Shown here: positions 36,363-46,455 of the stretch, piece after piece
Numbering within the stretch: the first letter of the stretch is position 1
Layout: each line of letters begins with the position of its first letter
Origin: a virus
Taxonomy: Duplodnaviria > Caudoviricetes
IMG/VR virus record: IMGVR_UViG_2706796291_000001
Span: 32,001 to 96,000 of that record
Direction: 5' to 3' (one strand)
Length of the DNA stretch: 64,000 nucleotides
Notes under the pieces: generated by a model
Told to the model about the DNA's origin: nothing
What the model saw: only the letters and a program-made list of their open reading frames with translations
The model's database searches: none
Translations under genes and position numbers: made by a program

Positions 36363-38552
36363 TTGACAGTCACAAAGATTGAAACAAAAGAATCAGTAAC
36401 ACCAGAGTATTTTATGCTCAACAACCAACTAAATATCGTTAAAGACGGTAAAATTCAGTTGAACGCAGACAGAGAAGCTGTCCATAGCTATTTCATTGAT
36501 TACGTAAACCCTCATACAGTCTATTTTGGAGACTTACGTGAGAAGCTTGACTATTTAGTGAAACACAAGTATATTAAAGGCGAAGTACTTGATAAATATA
36601 CTTTCAAATTTATTAAAAAATTATTTAAAACTTTGTACAACAAGAAATTTCGATTTACAACTTTCATGGGTGCTTATAAATTTTACACACAGTATGCTAT
36701 GCGCACTACAGATAACAAGTCAATTCTTGAACGATATGAAGACCGCATTGCTTTTAATGCCTTAGTTATGGCTGATGGTGACGAACAATTGGCTCTTAAC
36801 ATTGCGCATGAAATGATTTCACAAACCTATCAACCTGCAACACCAACATTCTCTAATGCTGGTAAGTTGCGTGGTGGTAATGCTGTATCATGTTTCCTTT
36901 TGAATATTGAAGATAATATGACGTCTATTGGGCGCTCAGTAAATTCAGTTCTTCAATTGTCTAAAATGGGTGGTGGAGTTGGAATCAACTTAACTGATAT
37001 CCGTCCGTCAGGAGACCCTATCAAGGGTATTGAGAATATGGCTGATGGAGTTGTTCCAATCATGAAACTCTATGAAGATTCATTTTCATATGCCAATCAG
37101 TTGGGGACAAGAAATGGGGCAGGAGTAACTTATCTCAATGTATTCCATAAAGATATTGTTAAATTCCTCTCTACAAAAAAAGAAAATGCTGACGAAAAAG
37201 TTCGTGTTAAAACTCTTTCTCTCGGTGTTGTAGTTCCTGATAAATTCTATGAACTCATTGCTAAAGGTGAATCAATGTATTTGTTTAGCCCTTATGATAT
37301 CTACAATGAGTATGGAAAACTAATGTCTGAAATCAACATCACAGAAATGTATGATGAATTAGTTGAAAACAAAAATATCAAGAAAGATAAAATCTTTGCT
37401 CGTGACCTTGAAGAAGAAATGTCTAAACTTATTCAAGAATCAGGATATCCATACATCATCAACATTGATACAGCAAACCAAGAAAATGCTGTTGACGGTG
37501 TAATTAAAATGTCTAACCTTTGTTCTGAAATCCTTCAAGTACAATCTCCATCAGAATTGAACTCAGACCAAACTTATAAGACTATTGGAACTGACGTATC
37601 ATGTAACCTTGGTTCAACTAATATTACACATCTTATGGAGTCATCTGACTTCGGAAGCTCTGTTAGAACAGCATTTCGTGCATTAACCTATGTTGCAGAT
37701 AGCTCTAACATTGAAGAAGTTCCTACTGTTAAGAACGCCAACGATAAGTATCACTCAGTAGGGCTAGGGGCAATGGGACTACATGGATTCCTTGCTAAAA
37801 ATGGTATTCTCTATGGTTCTCCTGAATCAATTGAGTTCACAGGTATGTACTTCCAACTCCTAAACTACTGGACTCTATTTGAAAGTAATCGAATTGCTAT
37901 TGAACGCAATCAATCTTTCTATAACTTTGATAAATCAGAATATGCCAATGGTAAATACTTCAAACGCTATCTACCACGTGTTAAATTCAAAAATAATCTT
38001 TCTGATACAGTCAAAGAATTGTTTAAAGATGTTGATATTCCAACTGCACAAGATTGGGTTGACCTACAAGCTTCAATCGAAGAACATGGTCTATATAACT
38101 CTTACCGTTTAGCTGTTGCACCTACAGGTTCAATTTCTTATGTAAATGAAGCAACTGCTTCTATTCACCCAATCGTACAAAAGATTGAGAAGCGTTCAGA
38201 AGGTAAACGTGGTGATGTGTTCTATCCAGCACCTTATCTTGCAGAAGGTCTTCCTTATTATGAATCAGCTTATAATATTGACCAACGTAGAGTTATTGAT
38301 ATTTATGCCGAAGCTCAGAAACATGTTGACCAATCTCTATCTATGACTTTATTCATGAATGCAGACCACGGAAAAGATTTGTATGAGTGGAAAATAGGAA
38401 GCAAAGGAGAAGATTCATTCACTACTCGTGACATTAATATTCTTCGAAATTATGCTTGGTCAAAAAAAATAAAATCAATTTACTATGTTCGTACCTACAG
38501 AGGGGACGGTGAAGTAAGTTCTGTGAACGAGTGTGAGTCATGCTCAATCTAA
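36363..38552 (+). CDS. nrdE: Class Ib RNR alpha subunit
   Basis: QPATPTF, SCFL, SNLCSE, APTGSIS, YYVR, CESCSI. Confidence 0.95.
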   Translation: MTVTKIETKESVTPEYFMLNNQLNIVKDGKIQLNADREAVHSYFIDYVNPHTVYFGDLREKLDYLVKHKYIKGEVLDKYTFKFIKKLFKTLYNKKFRFTTFMGAYKFYTQYAMRTTDNKSILERYEDRIAFNALVMADGDEQLALNIAHEMISQTYQPATPTFSNAGKLRGGNAVSCFLLNIEDNMTSIGRSVNSVLQLSKMGGGVGINLTDIRPSGDPIKGIENMADGVVPIMKLYEDSFSYANQLGTRNGAGVTYLNVFHKDIVKFLSTKKENADEKVRVKTLSLGVVVPDKFYELIAKGESMYLFSPYDIYNEYGKLMSEINITEMYDELVENKNIKKDKIFARDLEEEMSKLIQESGYPYIINIDTANQENAVDGVIKMSNLCSEILQVQSPSELNSDQTYKTIGTDVSCNLGSTNITHLMESSDFGSSVRTAFRALTYVADSSNIEEVPTVKNANDKYHSVGLGAMGLHGFLAKNGILYGSPESIEFTGMYFQLLNYWTLFESNRIAIERNQSFYNFDKSEYANGKYFKRYLPRVKFKNNLSDTVKELFKDVDIPTAQDWVDLQASIEEHGLYNSYRLAVAPTGSISYVNEATASIHPIVQKIEKRSEGKRGDVFYPAPYLAEGLPYYESAYNIDQRRVIDIYAEAQKHVDQSLSMTLFMNADHGKDLYEWKIGSKGEDSFTTRDINILRNYAWSKKIKSIYYVRTYRGDGEVSSVNECESCSI

Positions 38553-38556
38553 TGTA

Positions 38557-38608
38557 ATATAAATTTAAAATACTATCTCTTGACAGAGGTAGTATTTTTT
38601 GATATAAT
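38557..38608 (+). promoter_or_regulatory. Terminator-promoter fusion heading endonuclease cassette 2
   Basis: aaaatactatctc-TTGACA-gaggtagtatttt. Confidence 0.8.
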
Positions 38609-38636
38609 AGTATTATATTGATTGGAGAAAAGAGCA

Positions 38637-39551
38637 ATGAGAAAGTTAACAAATGAAGAAGTGGATGTGAGAATTAAGGAATTAATTGGAGATGAATATA
38701 CTAGATTAGGGGATTACCAAGGCAATCACATTAAGATACTGGTCAGACATAACACCTGCGGGAATGAATATGAGGTCACGTGGAATCATTTCAAAGGAGG
38801 CAACAGATGCCCTAGATGTAGTGGCAAAGAAAAACTGAACAGCGAAATGATTGATAAGAAAATATTTGAACTAACAAAAAACAAATATATTAGGTTATCA
38901 GAGTACCAAGGTGCTCACATTAAGATGCTAATAAAACATAGCATCTGCGGGAATGAGTATAGGGTTACGTGGGGACATTTTCAACAAGGCAACAGATGTC
39001 CAAAATGTCAGGGTAATGAAAAACTAGACAATAAAAAGGTCGATGAAAGAATTAAAGAATTAGTGAAAGATGAATATATTAGATTAGGGAATTATCGAAA
39101 TAATAATACTAAAATACTGGTCAGACACAATGTATGTGGGAATGAATATTTAGTTACATGGGGTAATCTTCAGTCAGGTCAAAGATGTCCAAGGTGCTCT
39201 GAGTCAAAAGGAGAAAAAAGAATATCCAATCTATTAGAATCATTAAATATCAAACATACAGCTCAAAAAAGATTCCCTGAGTGTAAACATAAAAAGACTC
39301 TACCTTTTGACTTTTATATTCATAATAAAAATACTAAACTACTTATCGAGTTCGATGGTATGCAACATTATGAACCTATTAAGCATTTCGGTGGAGAAAA
39401 AGCTTTTAAAGAAACACAACTTAGAGATTCTATTAAAAACAAGTTCGCACAAGACAATAATATTCCCCTTTTACGAATTTCATATTTAGAAGAGGAAGAT
39501 GTAGAAAATATTGTGATGAATAAATTGAAAGAATTAAATTTTATTAAATAG
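38637..39551 (+). CDS. Free-standing Hef/Vsr-like endonuclease, 3 repeats
   Basis: Paralog of 32992-33921. Confidence 0.75.
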   Translation: MRKLTNEEVDVRIKELIGDEYTRLGDYQGNHIKILVRHNTCGNEYEVTWNHFKGGNRCPRCSGKEKLNSEMIDKKIFELTKNKYIRLSEYQGAHIKMLIKHSICGNEYRVTWGHFQQGNRCPKCQGNEKLDNKKVDERIKELVKDEYIRLGNYRNNNTKILVRHNVCGNEYLVTWGNLQSGQRCPRCSESKGEKRISNLLESLNIKHTAQKRFPECKHKKTLPFDFYIHNKNTKLLIEFDGMQHYEPIKHFGGEKAFKETQLRDSIKNKFAQDNNIPLLRISYLEEEDVENIVMNKLKELNFIK

Positions 39552-39563
39552 AAAGAGGTTTAT

Positions 39564-39974
39564 ATGCCTAATAAATTAAATGTAGAAGATAAAAGTTTTG
39601 AAGATAAATGGTTTATCTTTGATACATATCATGAAATCAGCAAGTGTGTTTATTACAATAAAGAATTAAACAATCTAATGACATTCTACTCGGAAACAGA
39701 AGAAACACCCGTTGACGTCATTAACTGGGTTGTTAATAAAGATAGATTTTTAGAAACTTTAGATATTCTTGAAACAAATAAAAATACAGTTGTCAGTTTC
39801 TTTAGAGTTGAAGGAACTACATCTGATGTCACAATTCTTGAAACAACAAAAGATGTGATTGGTACACTCAAAAGAAAAACAATGAGTGGTATCAACAAAC
39901 ACATTAATGATGTGATTTACAAAAAAGATAAAAAACTTTTGTATAAGAAATTTGCAATAGTTAAAGATTTGTAA
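39564..39974 (+). CDS. Hypothetical protein
   Basis: GAGGT RBS. Confidence 0.6.
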   Translation: MPNKLNVEDKSFEDKWFIFDTYHEISKCVYYNKELNNLMTFYSETEETPVDVINWVVNKDRFLETLDILETNKNTVVSFFRVEGTTSDVTILETTKDVIGTLKRKTMSGINKHINDVIYKKDKKLLYKKFAIVKDL

Positions 39975-40025
39975 TATAAATTTAAAAAACTATCTCTTGA
40001 TTGAGGTAGTTTTTTGTGATATAAT
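39973..40025 (+). promoter_or_regulatory. Terminator-promoter fusion heading endonuclease cassette 3
   Basis: aaaaaactatctc-TTGATT-gaggtagtttttt. Confidence 0.75.
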
Positions 40026-40056
40026 AGTAGTAACATGAAATGAAAGAGATAAGTTT

Positions 40057-40593
40057 ATGCCTAAAAAATTAACAACAGGAGAAGTAAAGGGAAGAATCAA
40101 AGACTTAACAGGTAATGATTACTTGTTACTTGGAGACTATGTGAATAACATAACTAAAATGCTAGTTAAACACAATCTATGTGGAAATACATATGAAGTA
40201 AAGTGGAATAATTTTCATCAAGGCGCAAGATGTCCTAAGTGTAATGAATCAAAAGGAGAGAAAAAAATCTCAGACATCTTAAACTCTTTAGGTATTAAAT
40301 ACACTTCACAAAAAAGATTCCCTGAATGTAAATATAAAAATACGTTACCATTTGACTTCTACATTCATAACAAAAAATCTAAACTACTCATCGAATTTGA
40401 TGGTAGACAACACTTTGAATCAATCGAATATTTTGGAGGAGAAGATGTTTTAAAAGAGACTCAACTCAGAGATAAAATAAAAAATGATTTTGCTAAAGAA
40501 AAAGATATTCCTTTACTTAGAATACCTTACACAGATTTTGAAAACATCGAACAAATTTTAACAGATAAACTAAAAGAATTAGATTTTATTTAA
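40057..40593 (+). CDS. Free-standing Hef/Vsr-like endonuclease, 1 repeat
   Basis: Paralog with one Zn-ribbon unit. Confidence 0.75.
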   Translation: MPKKLTTGEVKGRIKDLTGNDYLLLGDYVNNITKMLVKHNLCGNTYEVKWNNFHQGARCPKCNESKGEKKISDILNSLGIKYTSQKRFPECKYKNTLPFDFYIHNKKSKLLIEFDGRQHFESIEYFGGEDVLKETQLRDKIKNDFAKEKDIPLLRIPYTDFENIEQILTDKLKELDFI

Positions 40594-40596
40594 TTC

Positions 40597-40625
40597 TTGA
40601 CTATTTTAAATAAATATGGTATAAT
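40597..40625 (+). promoter_or_regulatory. Sigma-A promoter
   Basis: TTGACT-17-TATAAT. Confidence 0.8.
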
Positions 40626-40656
40626 ATATAATATAAACATAAGGAGATAAATTTAT

Positions 40657-41397
40657 ATGTATAATGATGAATTTTGGGATTTCTCAGTACCCTACGAACA
40701 AGAATATGTTGAGTTTTTCAATAACTTAAAAAATTCTGTCAAAGAAGGTATCAAACAGGAACTTGAAGGTTTAAAAGATGAAAATAGTAGGCTACAAAAG
40801 ATTGTCGATGGAATCCAAGAAAAGGAAGCAAATATTAATCGTAGAGAACGAGATTTGCAAACTACTATCGAAGTTTCAGCTCAATCTGCTAAGAGTCTAG
40901 CTTTAAAAGAGTTGCTTGAACCACTTGAAGATATCTACTGGGATATCACATATAAACATGAGCTAATGCCTCAATGTGATAAGTGTGATAGATATCGTAG
41001 ACGAGAATACATTACACCTATGGGTCGAGTGGCTTATGAAAAATGCTCTTGTGATATTGGAAAGAGTGTTTATTTCCCCAAAGAAATGACTCTACACAAA
41101 ATCTACAGAAAAAATAAACAACTAAATGGATACTACACTATGAATACAAGGGATGAAGAACTTACTTATTATGGTGGAAGTGATGATAGATTCTTTGAAA
41201 CTAAGACTCCTACGAAATTCTTAATTTCCAAAGAAGAAGACTTTAAAAACTATTCTCGTTTCAATTCTATGTTTGCTACAAAAGAACTTTGTGAAAAATA
41301 TTGTGAAAAACTTCAAAAAGAAGAAGATATTAAACTTCAAAAAAGATTAGAAGAGGCACTTGAAGATGTAAGCCCCACAAGCACCGTGGAAATCTAA
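40657..41397 (+). CDS. Coiled-coil + Zn-finger hypothetical protein
   Basis: CDKCD...CSC. Confidence 0.6.
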   Translation: MYNDEFWDFSVPYEQEYVEFFNNLKNSVKEGIKQELEGLKDENSRLQKIVDGIQEKEANINRRERDLQTTIEVSAQSAKSLALKELLEPLEDIYWDITYKHELMPQCDKCDRYRRREYITPMGRVAYEKCSCDIGKSVYFPKEMTLHKIYRKNKQLNGYYTMNTRDEELTYYGGSDDRFFETKTPTKFLISKEEDFKNYSRFNSMFATKELCEKYCEKLQKEEDIKLQKRLEEALEDVSPTSTVEI

Positions 41398-41426
41398 ATA
41401 AAAATATTATTAGAAGAGGTTATGAA

Positions 41427-41534
41427 TTGAATTGTTACTTATGTGGTAAAGAAATTCCAGGAGAAGAAATTCTCGAAGGAGAGAAATATCAAATTTGTTA
41501 CGAGTGCGAGCTCAGAGAGGAATATGGAATCTAA
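41427..41534 (+). CDS. 35-aa Zn-finger peptide (TTG start)
   Basis: CYLC...CYEC, GAGGT RBS. Confidence 0.5.
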   Translation: MNCYLCGKEIPGEEILEGEKYQICYECELREEYGI

Positions 41535-41604
41535 TGGAATTAAATGAGTTCTTAGATGTTCTTAAAGGTATTAGTCAGAAGCTAAAAGAGAGTGAGGAAG
41601 AATA

Positions 41605-41751
41605 ATGCGTATAACTATGTGTGAGTTCTGCAATAAACTTACACTCAACAAACTAGATTACATTGAAACGAATCCATATCTTCATATATCTGAGTTTTGC
41701 TATGTGTGTGAAGAGTGTAGGAAAATTAAACATAGAGGAATAGAAATATGA
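41605..41751 (+). CDS. 48-aa Zn-finger peptide
   Basis: CEFC...CEEC, GAGG RBS. Confidence 0.5.
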   Translation: MRITMCEFCNKLTLNKLDYIETNPYLHISEFCYVCEECRKIKHRGIEI

Positions 41752-41969
41752 AATTTAAAGCAAAACCAAAAAAAGAATTAACAAAAGAAATGGTAGATGA
41801 GGATTTATGGTATTTTCTAAAAGAATATGTTGATGATGAAGGATATATTTATGGATGGTATGTTGATGGATATATTGTGGGCGGAATGATTGAGGCAAAT
41901 GATGAGTACTGTTCACTTGAATATTGGGCGCCAGTTATTAAAGACACGGTAGTATTAGTAGAGGAATAA
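41748..41969 (+). CDS. Hypothetical protein (YopX-like fragment)
   Basis: MKFKAK...IYGWYV...V..DTV. Confidence 0.5.
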   Translation: MKFKAKPKKELTKEMVDEDLWYFLKEYVDDEGYIYGWYVDGYIVGGMIEANDEYCSLEYWAPVIKDTVVLVEE

Positions 41970-41970
41970 T

Positions 41971-42366
41971 ATGTTTGAACTGATTGGACTTCCGACAGAA
42001 TGGATTTATTCTCCATCAATGTGTTTTATGCCAGATAGTGTAACACTTGAACAGCGTGAACATTATCATTATTATGATAATGCAGAGATTCTTGCAGAAG
42101 ATGAAGAAGAAATTACTATGCGTGGGATTTGTGGAAAAGGACTAGCATTGAATTGGAGTATGGCAACTCTTGATAGAAACATTGCACATTTAGATTATCC
42201 TGCTATGTTCTGTCAGGATTGCATTGAAGTTATGAATCGCAGAAAAGAAAGTACCCTTGCTGAGTTATCATACTTAAACATTTATGCAGAGAATCCAAAT
42301 GAATATATTCTACAAGCTCTCGAAGATGAAATGGAGTTCTATCAACCAACAAAAGATTATAAGTAG
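41971..42366 (+). CDS. Hypothetical protein
   Basis: GAGG RBS. Confidence 0.6.
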   Translation: MFELIGLPTEWIYSPSMCFMPDSVTLEQREHYHYYDNAEILAEDEEEITMRGICGKGLALNWSMATLDRNIAHLDYPAMFCQDCIEVMNRRKESTLAELSYLNIYAENPNEYILQALEDEMEFYQPTKDYK

Positions 42367-42375
42367 GAGAAAGAA

Positions 42376-42732
42376 ATGGAATTAGAAAACGTAACACTCA
42401 AACAATTGCAAAATAAAGAAGTTGTTCCTTTACGTGAACAAGCTTTGGAATATTTTAGAAACTTAGAAAAATCCAAAAGGAAATTACGTCAAGACGGACA
42501 AACTTACTATGGTGTTCTAACAACACCTGAATACTTTACCGCAGAAGTTGCTATAGTATTTTCTAATGATGAAGAAGTTGGTTTAGCACGTAAACAAATC
42601 TATTCACAATTAATGTACTTTGCAGATAATGATATTGTATTCGCTAGTCAATTATTTTATAAATTGACATATGGTAAGATTAATTTTGTTAGTTTTGATA
42701 AAGAATTTACTTTAGAAGATGAGGAAAAATAA
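42376..42732 (+). CDS. Hypothetical protein
   Basis: AGGAG RBS. Confidence 0.6.
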   Translation: MELENVTLKQLQNKEVVPLREQALEYFRNLEKSKRKLRQDGQTYYGVLTTPEYFTAEVAIVFSNDEEVGLARKQIYSQLMYFADNDIVFASQLFYKLTYGKINFVSFDKEFTLEDEEK

Positions 42733-42760
42733 TTAAAGATTATATTTGAAAATAATCCTC

Positions 42761-42789
42761 TTGACAAACAAGGGGATTTGTGTTATAAT
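42761..42789 (+). promoter_or_regulatory. nrdF promoter
   Basis: TTGACA-17-TATAAT inside hairpin aatcctcttg/caaggggatt. Confidence 0.85.
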
Positions 42790-42811
42790 ATAATAATGAA
42801 GGAGGACTATA

Positions 42812-45232
42812 ATGTCAAAAGTAAAATTAGTAAAAGCTGTGAATTGGAATCGGCTGGAAGATAACATTGACCGTGCAACTTGGGATAAATTGATTTCGCA
42901 GTTCTGGGTCAGCTCACGTGTACCCGTTTCAAATGACATGGGAGATTGGGGTAAATTGTCTGCCCCAGAGAAAGATTTGTTCAATAAAGTTTTTGGAGGG
43001 TTGACACTACTTGATACTTTGCAGGGTGAAGTCGGTAACAATGAGATTGCAAAAGATTCTCGTACTCAACATGAACTGGCTGTGTTCAGGAACATCTCAT
43101 TTATGGAAGAGATAGAAAGCATTGTTTCTTTAGCTTAAAGAAATTTAAGCTTGGTAAAACCTATCTAAACAGGGGAACTCTGACCGTGTAAGACGAAGAC
43201 AATCCTGTACTAAATTTATTGAAAGGAGACAAAATTGAAAATAATTGGAAGTAGAACTTATGAAAATATTTTATATAAAAGAATCTTTACTATACATAAA
43301 GGTATGCTAGGGCGGTGTTACAATCCTAATGATACAAGTTATTCTACGTATGGTGCTAAAGGTGTTACAGTTGATGAACATTGGCACAATCTTGATAATT
43401 TTATCGAAGATATTGATAAAATCGATGGGTTTGATTACAATAAGTTCATTAAAGCTGAGATTCAACTTGATAAAGATTTTAAACAAATTGGTGTTAAAAA
43501 TAAAGTATATTCATTAAATACATGTGTATTTTTAAGTCGTTCTGATAATTGTGGGAATAGAAATAACAATCAAGATATGATTATCATTGACCCTGACGGT
43601 AATAAATATGAATCACGTAATCGTGAAAAATTCTGTCGTGAACATAACTTAGACACACGTCATGCACATGCAGTTCTACAAGGTAAAAATCCACACCACA
43701 AAGGTTGGCAATTTTTCTATAAAGAAACATTCAATCCAGCAAATGTTGTACTTAAACAAATCATACTTGGTACAAATTCAGATGGCGATGAATTTTTGTT
43801 TAATAATATATCAACATTTGCTAAGGAACAGAATCTTTCTGCCCCAAATATTTCAATGGTTTTGTCTGGTAAAAATAAAACTCACAAAGGATGGACTTTT
43901 AAAATTATCCAAAAGGGTTTTACTATTCAATAATAAATGTGCAACGACTATCGAAAGGATAGCATTTCTCACAGTATAATTCTAGGGGAGATGTGAATAA
44001 CCAAGTAGAGTAGAGTTTAAGTAAACTCGAAATGGTAGGACATATCATTTACTTAAAAGTATGATATGTAAGATATAGTCTGAACTATATAGAAATATAT
44101 AGAGTGTGAGTAACGAACACACACAACAGCATTGACATGCGGAATCTTATTCAACAATCTTCTCAACTTTCTGTACTATGAAAGAGATTGATGGAATATT
44201 TGAGTGGACTGCAACAAATCCTTATATTGTTAAGAAAACAGAAATCGTTCAAGATATCTACGAAAATGGAACTCCTCTACAAAAGAAAATTGCATCAGTA
44301 TTCTTGGAATCCTTCCTTTTCTACTCAGGATTCTTTACACCCTTGTATTATGCTGGACTCGGAAAGATGAAAAATACAGCCGAGATTATAAAATTAATTT
44401 TGAGGGATGAGTCGGTTTTGTAAGTGAGCTGACTTAGGTATTTTGCCTTAGCGAAACCACAATCCTAAACAGGGAAACTCTCTCGCAGACAATCCTGTGT
44501 TAAATTATTGTAAAAACCTTTTGATAAACTCTTTATCTTTTTTAAGATGATGAAGATTGGGAGTTTATCAAAAAGGAAGAAGTACAATATAAAGACTCAA
44601 CGACTATCGAAAGGCAGTTAATAGCTCTAGGGGCTATTAATGAAACCAAGTAGAGTACAGCCAAGTGGTAAGCAATGTATGTGAAAATGGCATGCAGATA
44701 AGTCTTTTAAATGGAAATGGAGTATGTGGGGTGTTGACTAACAACAACACTAAGATATAGTCTCAGCGTCCATAGTGATATGGAGAAGTTCATCAGAGAA
44801 CTGCGTAGAATTTACGACTCTATGTGAAGGTACTATCACGGATATTACATCGGCTACAAGTTTCAAATTGGATATAATGAATTAACAGAAGCTGAACAAG
44901 AAGAGTTAGAAGAATGGACATTTGATTTACTTGATAAGCTCTATCAAAATGAATTGAAATACACTGAACTTCTTTATGATGAAGTAGGTTATACTGAGGA
45001 TGTGAAACAATTCCTCAAATACAACGCAGACAAAGCTCTTATGAATCTTGGATTCGACACCTTGTTTGAAGTTGGACGTGAAGATATCAATCCACTTGTA
45101 ATGAATGGTATCTCAACTGAAACAGCTAACCATGATTTCTTCTCAGCGGTAGGTAATGGATATCTCCTTGGAGAAGTCGAAGCTATGAAAGACGATGACT
45201 ACGCTTTGATTAAAGAAAAACTCAATAAATAA
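42812..45232 (+). CDS. nrdF: Class Ib RNR beta subunit, join(42812-43113,44135-44416,44836-45232), 326 aa
   Basis: Splicing restores FMEEIHAESYS and LRDESVHGYYIG; 302+282+397=981 nt in frame; C-terminal HDFFSAVGNGY. Confidence 0.92.
43114..44134 (+). mobile_element. Group I intron 1 of nrdF, carries an endonuclease gene
   Basis: P1 aagagaT/Gtttctt; AAACAGGGGAA/AATCCTGT; P7 GACTA/TAGTC; ends in G. Confidence 0.9.
43235..43933 (+). CDS. Intron-encoded HNH-like homing endonuclease with two NUMOD1-like repeats
   Basis: GMLGRCYNP..Y..YG.KGV.V, LDKD, 2x F..E.NL....VL.GK...HKGW.F. Confidence 0.75.
   Translation: MKIIGSRTYENILYKRIFTIHKGMLGRCYNPNDTSYSTYGAKGVTVDEHWHNLDNFIEDIDKIDGFDYNKFIKAEIQLDKDFKQIGVKNKVYSLNTCVFLSRSDNCGNRNNNQDMIIIDPDGNKYESRNREKFCREHNLDTRHAHAVLQGKNPHHKGWQFFYKETFNPANVVLKQIILGTNSDGDEFLFNNISTFAKEQNLSAPNISMVLSGKNKTHKGWTFKIIQKGFTIQ
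44417..44835 (+). mobile_element. Group I intron 2 of nrdF, ORF-less, terminal A
   Basis: P1 gagtcggT/Gctgactt; P10 gtga/tcac; AAACAGGGAA/AATCCTGT; P7 GACTA/TAGTC. Confidence 0.85.
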
Positions 45233-45245
45233 AAATTCAGAGGAC

Positions 45246-45274
45246 TTGACAAGTCCTCTTTTTTATGGTATAAT
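45246..45274 (+). promoter_or_regulatory. Sigma-A promoter inside nrdF terminator
   Basis: agaggactt-gac-aagtcctct-ttttt; TTGACA-17-TATAAT. Confidence 0.85.
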
Positions 45275-45309
45275 ATTACTATCAAACATTTAAGGAGAAT
45301 AAACATAAT

Positions 45310-45879
45310 ATGGGTTTACCAAACAATCAAAACTATACCCCTACAGTACACTATTTAGAAAGGATGTCAGAACGATTTAATATTAAAACAAACTTAGAGT
45401 CTATGAACTTTTTTAAACAACAAGTTGATACTTTAGAGTATGCTGGAAAAAATACTACTAAGCTTGGTGTGTGCGAAGTTTGGGCGAATGATAAAGTAAC
45501 TTTTATTCTTGATGTTCAAAATAAGAGAATTGTAACAGTTTATAAAACTGGAAGCATTGAAATTCAGGTTGATGATGCACCTGTAGAAAAATCCGAACAA
45601 TCTTTCGAAAATCCACTATCATTGTTCGGAAATGAACAGATTAATAATATAATCTTTGATGAATTGTTCGGAAATGTCGAACAAACTTTTGAAAAAATCT
45701 CAAATTTAACAAGTAAAATCACGATTTTACATGAGAAGATGCAAAAGACAAGTCGTAAAGATTACAAGGCTAAACAAATGGATGAAGCTCATGAAATCAT
45801 GTATGAACTTGCACGTCAAATTAAAGCATGTAGTCAAAAAGAAAACGAAATTAACAAATTTAAAGAAAGACTTGGGTAA
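45310..45879 (+). CDS. Possible RelE/BECR-fold domain + coiled coil
   Basis: TVHYLERMSERF...FILD....IVTVY. Confidence 0.45.
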   Translation: MGLPNNQNYTPTVHYLERMSERFNIKTNLESMNFFKQQVDTLEYAGKNTTKLGVCEVWANDKVTFILDVQNKRIVTVYKTGSIEIQVDDAPVEKSEQSFENPLSLFGNEQINNIIFDELFGNVEQTFEKISNLTSKITILHEKMQKTSRKDYKAKQMDEAHEIMYELARQIKACSQKENEINKFKERLG

Positions 45880-45884
45880 CTATT

Positions 45885-46154
45885 ATGGAAGATAAAATTT
45901 CAACACTAGCAGAAGTTAATAAACTTATTGACGAATATAATGAATTTTCCGATAGATTTAATGAAGATTTTGACGAATATAATGAATTTTCTGATAACCT
46001 TAATGAAGATTGGGAAACGGCATTCTTTATGATGTTAAAAATTCATGAATCAGACAGCAGACGAACAGGAAAGATTCTTGATGTTCTCTTTGATAACCTC
46101 GATGATTTGCCTAAACCAGTCATTGAGGTAATGCAAAAATATTCAAATCTCTAA
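45885..46154 (+). CDS. Hypothetical protein with 14-aa tandem duplication
   Basis: DEYNEFSDRFNEDF/DEYNEFSDNLNEDW. Confidence 0.55.
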   Translation: MEDKISTLAEVNKLIDEYNEFSDRFNEDFDEYNEFSDNLNEDWETAFFMMLKIHESDSRRTGKILDVLFDNLDDLPKPVIEVMQKYSNL

Positions 46155-46179
46155 CGTAATAATTTGAAAGGAAAATAAA

Positions 46180-46455
46180 ATGGAAGCAATTGATGTTGAA
46201 TTTACTATAGGTGTTGATGAAGACTGGGATGAAAAATTCCGATTGTTAACAATGAATTGTTATTACGATTTTGATATTTCTCAAAAACTAGAAATGCTTG
46301 ATGCTATTCGCAAAGGGCTTATTGAAGAAGAAATCCGCAAAGTAACAAACATTATTAATACTCTGCATCACTCAACACATAACTCTGATGAATTAACAAA
46401 ACTCATTGAGGTGCAAACAAAATTATTAGAAGGATTAAAAAATAATGGAAATTAA
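46180..46455 (+). CDS. Hypothetical protein
   Basis: AAAGGA RBS. Confidence 0.6.
   Translation: MEAIDVEFTIGVDEDWDEKFRLLTMNCYYDFDISQKLEMLDAIRKGLIEEEIRKVTNIINTLHHSTHNSDELTKLIEVQTKLLEGLKNNGN

Noticed and set aside
44417-44835. Group II intron because it ends near ...AT
   Set aside because: No GUGYG start or domain V; clear group I P1, P4, P7 and P10.
42812-45232. nrdF as three pseudogene fragments
   Set aside because: Fragments join in frame at predicted splice sites into a full-length protein.
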